Assembly: GCA_051294375.1 (NCBI GenBank)
Contig: CM119265.1
Span: forward strand, 20,054,509-20,118,508
DNA from: Paraspadella gotoi
Lineage: Eukaryota; Animalia; Chaetognatha
Direction of reading: 5' to 3'
Length of the DNA stretch: 64,000 nucleotides
The stretch's first letter is position 1, and each line of letters begins with the position of its first letter. Positions 50,066 through 60,971 of this stretch are shown here, piece after piece. The notes under the pieces are model-generated. The model made no database searches, was not told the DNA's origin, and saw only the letters and a list, made by a program, of their open reading frames with translations. Made by a program: the position numbers and the translations under genes.

Positions 50066-52262
50066 TCACCAACTGAAAGTGAGGACGTGCGCCATGTTGG
50101 GGCACTCACGCGGAGCCAAAATTCCACCGGCAGTGTAAAGTCCGGACATGGTGCAACTGCGAAAAAATTGGAAAATTTTCTTTATCACTTAAGTCATTAA
50201 CAATTAGTAAGTTCGTCTTGGTTATACCCGTGACATCGAAGGGAAAATTTGCAGACGACTACGTTACACTGAACTGCAAATCCGTCGTGGCTTAGTTCGT
50301 TAACGATGAACCCAATCATCTTATCCATGTTTATTTCTTGGGTTTTCACTTTGATCGTTATGTCTGACTTATTTCCCTAGAAAATGAAAAAAAAGGGGTT
50401 TTTCTCCAATGCGAATCTTACCATTTAGGTTAGGCGACTATCCACTAACCTGAAATGTGCAATCGTGAGTGACACAGACGGGTTGCCGGGTGCAATTGTA
50501 GCAGGGAATGGATCCCTGCAATTTGGAATGGTTGTCCTGGGTGAGGACGACGACAGACTCTTCGAAGGCGGTGCGCTTCTGAGAAGCGACGCCAATGATG
50601 CTCTTCTTGATGGACTCGTAGTCGGGAATAAGAGCTCGAAAGTACTCACGCCGGCGAACGGCGATGACGCGGGGGGAAGAAGCTTCGAGCTTCTCGATCA
50701 TCGACTGAGAGAATGTTGCATGAAAGAAGGAATTTTCGCATGATGGTCAGTTTGGTCACGTGATTAAAAAACTATTATTTAGCATTTTTACTTGCAAGCA
50801 AAAAAATTCTGCCTCCCGCAACACTTGCAGCACGACGTCTTCCGGCGGCAATGCGTCGCTCCTCAGGTAGGAAAGAATGTAACCAAAGTACTGCCCGTCG
50901 CGGTCGATGAAGTAGCGCCCCTCGCGATCCTTGCTGAAGGCGTGGCGGCCAGAAAACATGGCGGCCAGCATTGAATCTTCGTACTTGACAAGGGTCGAGA
51001 GGGATGTGGTAAAGGCGTGACCTCCCACGTTTAAGTTGATGATACAAGTCAGTGCGGACGGCGGGACGGCTGAAGGAGGTAGAAAAAGATAAATATAGAT
51101 ATATATAGAAATAGGTAGAAATCCCAACAAAAGCGGACGAATTTATTTTCCAAAGTGTGATTAACTAAGCCAAAAATGCAAAGAGGTTGTCTTAACGTGA
51201 GATTCAAAACGTACCGCATTCTAGCGACCAGGAATCTGAAGACAGTTAAAGAAACAGAGTTAAGAGCAAAGAAATACAGGTATACTAGTATAGGTAGGGA
51301 ACCGGGGAACCCCCCTCGTCGTATTTTAATTATATACCCGTGTAATGAAGCGCAAGTTCTGCGCTGGGAATGTCGCGTGGAAAGGTCAACGACTTGAAAG
51401 TGGCGAGGTTGGCGGCGGAAAGACTAGGAACGACGCAAGCGACGGCAGGGGCGGAGGCGGACACGCTGGCGGGGCCTTCGACGAGAGAAGAGTGCAATGG
51501 TGGGGGAACGGCGCTAGAGGAAGCGAAACTGCAATTAGATGACCTGAAGGAAAAACAAAAGGGGAAAAGAATTTGATGAAATAGCTTATTAAACTGTTGT
51601 AATCGGTCTATCTTATTTGCCATTTGTAAAAGTGTTTTAAAATATAAACAATCGATATTTGTTTACAAACAATACAGCTCGTTGTTATATCATTGCTTTG
51701 TTGAAGACTGAAGAGAGTAAAGAGCTTACCGAGAGGTTGTGCTGTTTTGTCTGTGATTGTTGCCCGAACAGCTGCTGACGCTGAGATCATCGACGGAGGC
51801 CGGATCCAGTTCCACTTGCACCTCGTCGGCTGTCGCCTCGCATTTGACGGAACCCGCGCCCGAATTCGCCTCCTGCCCACTTTTGGTCTGAGTGACTGTT
51901 TTAGAAACGGTTCCATTGGATGCAGAATCGCAAGGCAACGTCGCCTTCAATCCGGAATCGGCGGTGGACGCCGTTTTTTCATCGGCGGTGGTCTGGGCTT
52001 CGACTTCGGCCTTGCCGGCGGCCGACGGTGGCGTCGAGGACGAGCCTTCGCTGGATCGCGACATTCCAATTTCGGAATCGTCTTCTTCAAATTCTTCGAT
52101 TTGGTCGACTCCTTTGCTTGAGATCTCGCCCGCCGTTGTTCCGCCGACGGCGGAAAGAGGGTCGACCGGCCCTTCGACGACTTCCTCCAAGTCGGAATCC
52201 AGATCAGGTTCAAATTTAGCCAGAGGACAGGGAGAAGTGCACCCGGAACTAGGAGAAGACAT
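50066..52262 (-). CDS. KCTD7: BTB/POZ (T1-type) protein, KCTD7/KCTD14-like, with long acidic Ser/Thr-rich N-terminus; exons 52262-51730, 51543-51338, 51069-50792, 50704-50450, 50376-50228, 50156-50066
   Basis: IINLNVGGHAFTTSLSTLVKYEDSMLAAMFSGRH...DREGRYFIDRDGQYFGYILSYLR...VLREAEFF. C-terminus ...VLTFSW* resembles the KCTD7/14 end. Intron phases are compatible across all six exons. Confidence 0.78.
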
Positions 52263-52478
52263 CCGCGGAATTGTTCACGATCACTTTTTTTGTTTTTTAG
52301 AGGGAAAGAGAGAGAGAGAGCAAACACTGATTTTTTTAAATATTCTCTGAAGAGCCACAAAAAATGTCGCGGTAACTTTTTTTCGTTCGCTGCAAACAAA
52401 ACATCAACCGCATTAAAAATAATAGTATAAATAGGAATCAAACTATTAATTATTATTTCTATGAAAAATCACGTTGCA

Positions 52479-52670
52479 TTATTTTGCGGGAGAGTGTTTC
52501 CGTTCCGGTTCTTCTTCCACCAGCTTCGATTTCCTCATCCGCTCAGTAAAGACATCTAGGTCGTCGAGCGGTCTGTAGACCAAGTGGACCGCCTGCGCAC
52601 CCAAGAACATGGACGCTAACGAGGCTGAAAAAACCCCGGCGAACTGCGACCACGACACGCCGCCAGGCAT
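52479..52670 (-). CDS. UQCC6: BRAWNIN / UQCC6 (C12orf73) mitochondrial complex III assembly microprotein, 63 aa
   Basis: MPGGVSWSQFAGVFSASLASMFLGAQAVHLVYRP matches the family pattern MPAGV...SLLAMxAGAxVVHxxYRP; single exon. Confidence 0.85.
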   Translation of the reverse strand: MPGGVSWSQFAGVFSASLASMFLGAQAVHLVYRPLDDLDVFTERMRKSKLVEEEPERKHSPAK

Positions 52671-52843
52671 CTTCCGAAGATTGTCGATGACCGAGTTAAG
52701 AAGGTTTTTTCCTTTGGGTTCCAAAAGACAACAATACAGGAAACTGACAAAACAGGTCAACAAATAATTTGAAAAAACTGTTAAAGGCGATAAGATCACA
52801 GCCTTTTAATAATTGTCGTATAAAGTCGATGGGATAAATTTTA

Positions 52844-55800
52844 TCAACTGAAGAAAAATTCGCTTTTCTTGACTTCTTCAATGTCTAATTTTCCTCTGGG
52901 AGGGACTTGGGCAAGAACTTTTTCCAAGAGGCTATCCATTCTTTTCGCTACTATGGCTGCATTTTTGTGCCGGAGGGCCTTAACCGCTTTCGACACTTCG
53001 CATAGCTCCTCAGCCTCCCTTAATTTCCCTGCCTCTGCATCCACTAAGTCCTCCATATCCATCAAGTCCGCCGCCTCCTCCACCTTCACCACACTCGGCG
53101 CTTCCGACCACTCTGTCTCGTTGGTTTCGACGAATTTCGGTCTCCTGTTCGCTTCGGCCAAGTGCCGTCCTAGATTCTCCAAGATTGGCAGAGAGTGGAG
53201 ATTGACGAATTGTTCGCGACAGATGACGTTTATCTCGTCGACGTCTGCGGCGTGCGTCCAGAAGCAATCGTGGACGGCGTTGAAGACGATGCCGCGGCGA
53301 TGGGCGTGGAGCGCCGTCAGAAACATGTGGGTCGCGTCGAGCGAGTGGATGAAGTTGGGGGCGAATCCGTTTTTCTGCTTGTTACTGTCGGGTAAAAATG
53401 CGGCTGAGTATAACCCAGTTGATTCTTTCTGAGTATTTTTGCGCTTGCAGTAGGGCTGCATAACAGGCAGACCCAGCGGCGTGACCCAGGTCATGGGGTT
53501 GCGATTGACCCTGGTGACCAGCGTTGACAGGTCGTTAAACCAGTTTTGTATCTTCTTTGTGGCGACAAATCTTTCCGTGAGAGACCCAAGCGTCGTTTGG
53601 GCCAGGTAGACGGAGCATTTCCAAAGGCCCTCTTTTGGAAAAGAGTCCAACTCCTGAAGTCGGTTGGCGATTTGAGCTCTGGCGCCGTAATTGGTCACAC
53701 CGTAAACTGTTGTCATGATAGTTTGCTTTATGACCTAAAACAAAGAAAATGTTTTTTTTTTTCAACTGGCACCATTTTTTCACTTTATTTAATTATGAGT
53801 AAGCATAAATAATAAAAATTCAATTTTTTTCATTTACACTCCTCGATTTCATCGAAGCTTTATATCCTGCTCAATCATACCCACACACAAAACTTCATCT
53901 CAATCTATCCATCCAATAATAATTAGTTTGAGTAATTATGGATTAAAATTAGTAAAAAAGTTTTAGTAAATGTGACTTATGTTTTTTCCATTTAAACTCA
54001 TTTCCACTCGCACGATTCCCTCTAAACTTTATATCCAGCTCAATCACACACTTTGCTACCCTCACACAAAATTTCATTCCAACCCATCCATCCAATCACT
54101 AGTAATTGGAGTTTAATAGTATTAGTTAGTATTAATAATACACGTAACTTTCAGCTCAGCCGCTGCAAAGCTCAACTCGTTTTTGGACGAATCAAAAAAG
54201 GCAATAACTGAAAAAAAAAACCAATTTTTTCTCCTATACTACATCATATGATATATCAGATATTAATATTCATAATCTTATTACGTCAAATATGATTGTG
54301 GCAGAGGCTTGAAAACAACTACTCAAAGACGAAATTTGACTTGCAACTTTGAAATTGCTGCTGCAGCAGAAGCCGAATGCTGTAACTTTAATAACGGAAA
54401 AAAAAGTTGGTTAAATATTAAATGCACAAAAAAAATTATAAAATATCTGTATACAATTTTTTTATTTCATTTTATATGTCAGCGTTGTCGCGGTAGTATT
54501 TCATACCCCGCTACTCGTCCGAGAATCAGCAGCACCTATGGCGCCGGAGGTAGCACAAGCTCCTCCCAACCCAAAGGACTCTGGTTCGCGCCCTGCTGAT
54601 TCACAGAAGTAAAAGCGGGACGGGGTGTCTAACCCACCTGTAGTGACGGACTACAGCCCGATCCGAAGTTCGGGACCTTGTATGCAACGGATGGTGAACT
54701 GCGTGAGGCATCGTCTTCCACAGTGTTCCGAATTACCCCTGTTCCGAATTACCCCTGTTCCGAATTACCCCGCACTACACTATAACATTATCGTTTTTAA
54801 AGGACATTCATGATGAGAACATATTATGGCAACAGCTGGGTCGCCCATTGGGATGGGGCAGACTGTGGATGGAACGTGACGCTTGGGATGGTGCGTTCCC
54901 CCTCTGAGCAAATGGGATTGGCTGAACGATGGTGGATGTGAGTCGGTGTGAATATATTGCCACAATATATCTAAATTTTCAGTTTCATACAATTACAAAT
55001 AATATATAAAAAAGCTATCTATAATTTGGATCGACAACGACGACGTTTATAGGGACCAATCGTCGCAAGCAATTGCGATAAAAAGCTCAAATATGGTTTT
55101 TTAAAGTACAGATACAAAATAAATTAAATTTCCTGCCAAAGTATTTTACGCACCTTCCGGCTCACAAAACCCTCCAGCATTTGAGCCTCCTCGATTCCAT
55201 TTGCCGCATCGGCCGCTCGCTTTCGTTCCACCAACTCCAAAACGTCCGAGTAAACGTCGTTGGGTTTGTCGGAGACTCGGAGGTTGACAGACTCTCCGCC
55301 ATAGAGATCGCGGCCCAGCGCCGCGTAGTGCTGCAGCCCGTTACAGCTTCCGTCCTGATGCACAGGAAGTCGGCTGACGAAAAGGGTAGGGTCAGGAGAG
55401 GACATGGCGTCGGCAATCTCCTTGCAAGCGGCAAGCGTCTCCCAGGGTTCTTCGCTGGACATCCACCATTTCCTCCCTTTAAGTGGCCGCGACGCTGAAT
55501 CTAGAATCTCCGGGAGAATCTCCTCGGCGAAGGCGAGACGAGTCGACGTCGACTCTCGCTTCTTGAGTCCCGTCAGGTTAATCACGTGGATCTTGAGCCA
55601 GTCAAGACCCTTGGGGCCCAACGGTTTGCCCTTGGCGAATGTGAGGAGGCCGCGAGTGAGGTCGTCGCCCATGTGATTCAAATTAGACGAGAACGGATAG
55701 ACTCGCCCACGAAAGTCCATGAAGAAGGGATACCACAGGACGTCGTTGCGAAAGTTTTCCGCCAGCGTTAGTTTGTATGAGGCGGTGCACCACAAACTGT

Positions 55801-58800
55801 GGGTTTCGAAGCGCTCTTTGATCAAGCGGCGTCGTTCTTGGAACAGTTGACGGCGCTCATCCATGTCCATATCAGACGTGGGGGTCGGAAGAGACACAAT
55901 TTGATCAGTGACCGCGGACGCCGGGATGGGGATAGCTAATTTGGGTTCGCCGCCCGAGGAGAAAATGGCAGTGGCGACGTCAAGGACAAAGCAGTTTACC
56001 CGCCAGGGGCACGCTCCCAAATGGTTCATGGCGTCAAGTATAGGATGTAGGGATTCAGCAGGAAACTGTTCATTCGTTTTGAGAAAAAAATGAATTTACA
56101 CCAAACATATCGACAAAAAGAAACATCGTCCCAATTAATTACCGCTTTTATATGTTCAGTTTCCCAATCAGAGTCGGAGCTGAAGTTGTAATTCCGCACG
56201 AGCTTGTTGCGAAGAAGCAAGTTCCCCCCGTAGTCAAGAGACATCCAGGGAAGCGGCGGTACAACCATGGGAATCTCGTTGACGACGAAGGATTGGCTGC
56301 TCCCATCATGGCAGAACAACTCCACGAGAAATGGGTGCGGCTTTAGCGAATTAACTTTGCGGCATTTTCCGTCAACAATGCAGTCGAGGAGAAGTTTGTA
56401 AAAGGCGGGAAACGGATTTGAACTGCGAGCAAAAAAACAACGATTCGAAAACGGACGGGTGACGCTAAACAAATTAGATCAGTCCTGCTAACCCTTTCTT
56501 TCCGACGATCTCCGGATAAACAACTACGCTGTCGACGATGATTTCCAACACCTCCCTTCCGACAAGCGCGCGTATACTTCGGGGCCAAAAGGGTTTCGGG
56601 ATTTCCACGTCGGCGATGGCTGGGTATTCGTCCCGGATTCGTTGCCAAAATAGTCGTTCGGTTGGTTCGGAACGAGTGGGCGCGGAGAGGAAGTCGACGT
56701 AGCGCGAGTAGACTTCACGGAAGCAATCGCCATGTATACGGCGCGACTCCACAAGGACCCGATTGTGAATTTCATATCCCAAATCAGAGAATACCTAAGG
56801 TGAAAAACCTGGAGTAAGCTTATTTTTATTAACGAACAATAATAAAACTTTATTCAGAATAGAGAGAATAATTGTTATAAGGTAGTGATAAAACCTTCAG
56901 TATAAGCAGCTGTAAAACCATGTTACAGGGGGGTTAAGCGACCCGTCTCTCTTAACTGCTAGACGGCCACCTTTGGGTTGGCAGGCGAATGACTTGCCTC
57001 CTGCACTAATGACTGCTATGAACGGTTTGTGGCTTTTAAGCCACCAGAATTTATTCTGTAAATGTAACAACTTTGAAACGCACCGATGTCATTGCGCGAT
57101 TGTAACTGACGTTCCAAAGCGTAATTTCGGATATTTTTGAAAGCATAAGGTCAACCATTACGTCTGAAAAGTCAAGCAGATAAATGCTTTTTAGGATAAA
57201 CAATGAGAATACATAAAAAAAGGATTTAACTAACCTTTCGGTAGAAGAGACAGGTAAGGATACAAATCCAGCTTCAAACGCCTCGAAAATTTTCGCTCTT
57301 CTCGGAGCAAATTCAAGCGCTTAGCCAACCGATCTTCCAGGGCCTGTCTCCAGACTTTTTCGTGATGTTCCAGACGAGGATTCCGACGCTGATCGACGGT
57401 GAACCCGACTTGCTTAATCTGGACACGGCCGTCGACTTCTTGTTTTATTGACTGCTCAAACTTTTTCTTTATTTCCTCGGGATCGAAAGCCCCGTGGAGA
57501 GGATTAGGATAAACCGGTTGTTCTTCGTTCAAATCCTTCAAGATTTCAGGAAGATACAGCTGCGTGGTCATAGCGGGCGCATTTTTCGATAGGTTCAGTG
57601 CAGACGCCGCCAACGAGACGCGTCGCTTCTGCTCGTGAGTCAGTCGCGAATCATCTAGAACCAAGGTGAGACTCCGCGCGTCGTTCACCAGATGACCGAG
57701 TCGAGCCTGGAGGTCTCGCGTCGTTTCGCCGCCTTCCTCCAAAACCTTTCCAAAACCAGATAGAGTCAGCATAACCGCCAGAGAATCGATTTCCAGCATT
57801 TCGTTTTTAATGTCTTTTATCCAGGCTAGACAGGCTTCGACGTCGCCCTCGTCGGCGCGCCGGCTCATGACGATATGGAAGGGCGCAGTGGACAGCAAAG
57901 TGTGAGGAGACGGGGAGGAATCGATGAGAGGCTTATTTCGCATTGCATGTGATTTTCTGAGGACCTCCTCTTTCGATTTCCAAATTGCATTATCGAGCAA
58001 AACTTTTCTAAGAAATTCTTCGGCATAAGCCACATCGCCGACTGTTACGCTGGAGTGGAGAAAGGATAGAAGCTCCCGATTGAATCGACGGATATCGCCC
58101 AAACGACACACTTCCTGGGATTTTATTACTTTTTCTTTACCAGTGCCTTTGGATAAATTCCTTTCTTTCCGAGAGCCATTGGGAAATCTTTGAACGTCGA
58201 AAGACGTTTTCAACTCGACTGGCCGATTTAAACTTATTTCAGTCAAAAGCTTACGATCATTTTTCACAACTTGTTTCTTGGGCTTCATTGCTTCATTGTC
58301 AGTCTTATCGTTTAATAAAAGATCCTTCTTTTTTACTTTCACCTCTTTTTTTTTTCGAGAGCCATTGGGAAATCTTTGAACGTCGAAAGACGTTTTCAAC
58401 TCGACTGGCCGATTTAAACTTATTTCAGTCAAAAGCTTACGAGATAATATTCCGACTTGACTTGAAGAAAGCCTTTTTTTGGAGTCAGTTTTCGGCTTTC
58501 CCTTCGACGTAATCTCGCTTCGATCTGAAGGCTTGCCAGTCTTTCCAGTCTCTTTCACCGAGGACGATTTCGAGGGTTTAGATTCTTCAATCGGAGAGTT
58601 TTCCATCTCGAGCTCTGGTATTTTCACCTTGAACTTCTCGACTGTCTCGAGATTGGGCTCATTCACCGTAGAAGTTTCGATCGGATCGCGAAGAAATGGT
58701 TCGATTTCCGGGCTATCGATTGAGATGCGATACACAACGTCTGACCCGAGACCTGTCGGTTTTTCCTCAACATCTTCCCGACGTAGCGGTGATGCGTTTT

Positions 58801-58942
58801 TTTTGACGTCATTGGCGGATGATCGATGAAAAGCTCGGTCGTTTGCAACAGAGCGATCGTTTATCCAAACTCGTGAACTTCTTATGGGGGCGCTCAGACC
58901 AGTACAACGGTAATTAGCGCAAAGCAGCGATCGACTTAACAT
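52844..58942 (-). CDS. POLRMT: Mitochondrial DNA-directed RNA polymerase (T7-like); exons 58942-57235, 56794-56493, 56422-56143, 56065-55154, 53734-52844
   Basis: Motifs IPMVVPPLPW, DFRGRVYP, PVHQDGSCNGLQHYAALGRD, RKVIKQTIMTTVYGVT, KQKNGFAPNFIHSLDATHM, VHDCFWTHA and C-terminal FFS*. Arg/Ser-rich presequence MLSRSLL. Confidence 0.97.
54486..54722 (+). mobile_element. Solo LTR of another tRNA-containing family in a POLRMT intron
   Basis: TGTCGCGG...TTCCACA termini with TSD GCGT/GTGT (one CpG-type change). A-box-like TGGCGCCGGAGG and B-box-like GGTTCGCGCCC. Opening hairpin like the other LTRs. Confidence 0.65.
54724..54771. repeat. 3 x 16-bp tandem repeat TGTTCCGAATTACCCC (possibly subterminal repeats of a DNA transposon)
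   Basis: Direct observation; origin inferred. Confidence 0.8.
54825..54964 (-). mobile_element. Internally deleted solo LTR of the 35064/62263 TRIM family
   Basis: TATGGCAACAGC...TGCCACA with TSD ATAT/ATAT; clear similarity to the 255-bp LTR with ~115 bp deleted. Confidence 0.9.
58170..58442. repeat. 87-bp identical direct repeat (58170-58256 and 58356-58442) within POLRMT exon 1
   Basis: Encodes RKLLTEISLNRPVELKTSFDVQRFPNGSR twice, offset 186 nt (in frame). Confidence 0.95.
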
Positions 58943-58981
58943 GGCGAAAATCGAGAAGACCAAAACTCCCTCATATTAGAT

Positions 58982-58995
58982 CTAAAAAAAATAAG
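58982..58995 (-). promoter_or_regulatory. Unpaired splice-acceptor-like site (T-run + AG) 39 nt upstream of the POLRMT ATG; candidate trans-splice site
   Basis: T-run + AG on the minus strand inside the 238-nt GALK2-POLRMT gap. Confidence 0.5.
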
Positions 58996-59180
58996 TGTAA
59001 ATAAAACGCCGGCGTAATTTTTACACGAAAACTACGAAATAATAATTCAATGTCAACTATAGCCGCTGATTGTAATAAAAAATGTCCACATTAATTCGCA
59101 ATGTAATAGTCGTAATTCGACCTATCTGTGATATACGTGCAAAGCGAGCAAGAATTTGATTGGGTGCGTATAGTGATTCT

Positions 59181-60662
59181 TTATTCCAATTTAGTCACGA
59201 AAGCACCTTGACCGGGCTTTGAAGGAATGACTGACTTCGCGAAATCGAAGTCACGAGGAGAGTAGAAAACTTTTTCTAAACTGGAAAGGAACTGATCTAG
59301 TCCCCGTTTCTTGACCAGCGCCACTGCGCAGCCTCCCCATCCAGCGCCGGTCAAACGCGCCCCATAGCAGAGCAAACCAAGATCCGGCGAGTCGACTTTC
59401 CGGCAGGCTTCCACCAACTCGTCTAGCTCTGCACAGCTGCAATGGTATGCGTCGCGGCAGCTGGCATGGCTTTCGTTCATCAAAGCTCCCAGCCGTCGAA
59501 AACGGTCCTCGTCGTCGTCGCCCGAGCCACTCGTCTCGTCACAGACGGCCTGGAACCTGTCCACACGCGCAGCTTCAGAAAAAACGTGGGCGGCGCGATC
59601 GCGTAGCGCGAAGGTCCGTACGTGCCTCGTGTTGGGAGTCAAGCATTTCGTATCGAAATCCGTTTCGCTCGTTTCCATCGCCGCCATAACTTCATTTTTT
59701 CCGTAAGGAATATCACGGAAGATGTCGTCAACGAGGCGCAGCATGTCGTCTGAGCTCGCTCCGCATGCAGTTTGCACGTTCTTAAGCTTGGTCATTTCGA
59801 ACCAACCCTCCAAGCGGCAGTGCTTGGCGAGCATCCTCGCCGCGAGCCGACACTCGACAACGCGCACGTTAAAGTCGGCAAAGGCGGCTTTGTTGGCGAC
59901 GACGCACGAGTTGGCGACCACAAAGACGGCACCGTCCTTTCCGTCTTCACTGCCTTTTGGCAGGACCACGTCCGTCACGGCCAAAGGATCGAAATCGACC
60001 CTTTTGGCTTTTCCTTCTTCGGCCAAGAAACAAATGGCTTGATCCATCCCTCCACCCTGAGTGCCGATGTACCGCTCCGACCTTTTGCAAAGATCTGCTA
60101 ACCAATGTCGGTCTATGACCACGCCCTCGGGATCCCTCCAGTCCTGAGCCCCGGAAGCAGCGTTGGCCCAAAGGGTCACCAAGGAGCCGCAACATACCAT
60201 GGCGGAGGAGGAAGATAACCCGGCGCTAGGGGGAATATTCCCGTCCACCATCACCCTGAAGCCGACCGAAGCCTTCAGTCCGAGCGCTTCCAACACGCCT
60301 CGAAAACCACAGATGAAGTAGTGGTACCAGGAGGGCCCCTCCTCGCCAAACTCGATGGAGGGGGCGACATTTTTGGATAAACTAACTTCCGGATATCGGT
60401 TCGCATCGACATTGGAAAGCGTGACGAGATCTGAATCTGGGACTAGCGACGCCGCCATAACGACGTCCCGCTCGATGGCCATAGGCAGCACCGAGTAGCC
60501 ACAGTAGTCGATGTGCTCACCCACAAGGTTGACGCGCCCCGGAGCCCGGGCCACGAAATGCGGACGATCGTCGGAGAAGCGAGTCGTGAAAGCAGCGACG
60601 ACAGACTGTAGTCGTACGCGCAATGACACGTCTAATTGGGAAGAGTCTCGAAACAAATCCAT
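59181..60662 (-). CDS. GALK2: N-acetylgalactosamine kinase (GHMP family), 493 aa, intronless CDS
   Basis: RAPGRVNLVGEHIDYCGYSVLPMAIE, PPSAGLSSSSA, ERYIGTQGGGMDQ, FNVRVVECRLAA, RAAHVFSEAARV, LGALMNESHASCRD.Y.CSC.ELD, GARLTGAGWGGC. Confidence 0.95.
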   Translation of the reverse strand: MDLFRDSSQLDVSLRVRLQSVVAAFTTRFSDDRPHFVARAPGRVNLVGEHIDYCGYSVLPMAIERDVVMAASLVPDSDLVTLSNVDANRYPEVSLSKNVAPSIEFGEEGPSWYHYFICGFRGVLEALGLKASVGFRVMVDGNIPPSAGLSSSSAMVCCGSLVTLWANAASGAQDWRDPEGVVIDRHWLADLCKRSERYIGTQGGGMDQAICFLAEEGKAKRVDFDPLAVTDVVLPKGSEDGKDGAVFVVANSCVVANKAAFADFNVRVVECRLAARMLAKHCRLEGWFEMTKLKNVQTACGASSDDMLRLVDDIFRDIPYGKNEVMAAMETSETDFDTKCLTPNTRHVRTFALRDRAAHVFSEAARVDRFQAVCDETSGSGDDDEDRFRRLGALMNESHASCRDAYHCSCAELDELVEACRKVDSPDLGLLCYGARLTGAGWGGCAVALVKKRGLDQFLSSLEKVFYSPRDFDFAKSVIPSKPGQGAFVTKLE

Positions 60663-60971
60663 CTGGATACTAGAGTTAAAAACTTTTTTTCCTTGTTAAA
60701 ATTATAAAATTTCAAATTTTTGACAAGTGTATAGAAATGATTAGAGATAATTAAGACTAGATGTAGGGCACGAACTTCTGATAATTCTTCTTGACTAGAA
60801 TGAATAAATGCAACAAATGAATCTTTCTTGGCTTTCTACTAAAGTCAGAAATAAGTACAGAAAATGTATTTATTACCTATTATTTTGGGTAAATAAATAT
60901 TGCCAGCTACTTTAAATAAATCACAGAAACTGGTTGCAAAGGAGACTATTCCAGCAATAGGCAAACAAAGA

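Noticed and set aside
52844-58942. Phage T7-like RNA polymerase as a prophage or horizontal transfer
   Set aside because: Has spliceosomal introns, a mitochondrial presequence and animal POLRMT motifs; it is the ordinary nuclear gene.
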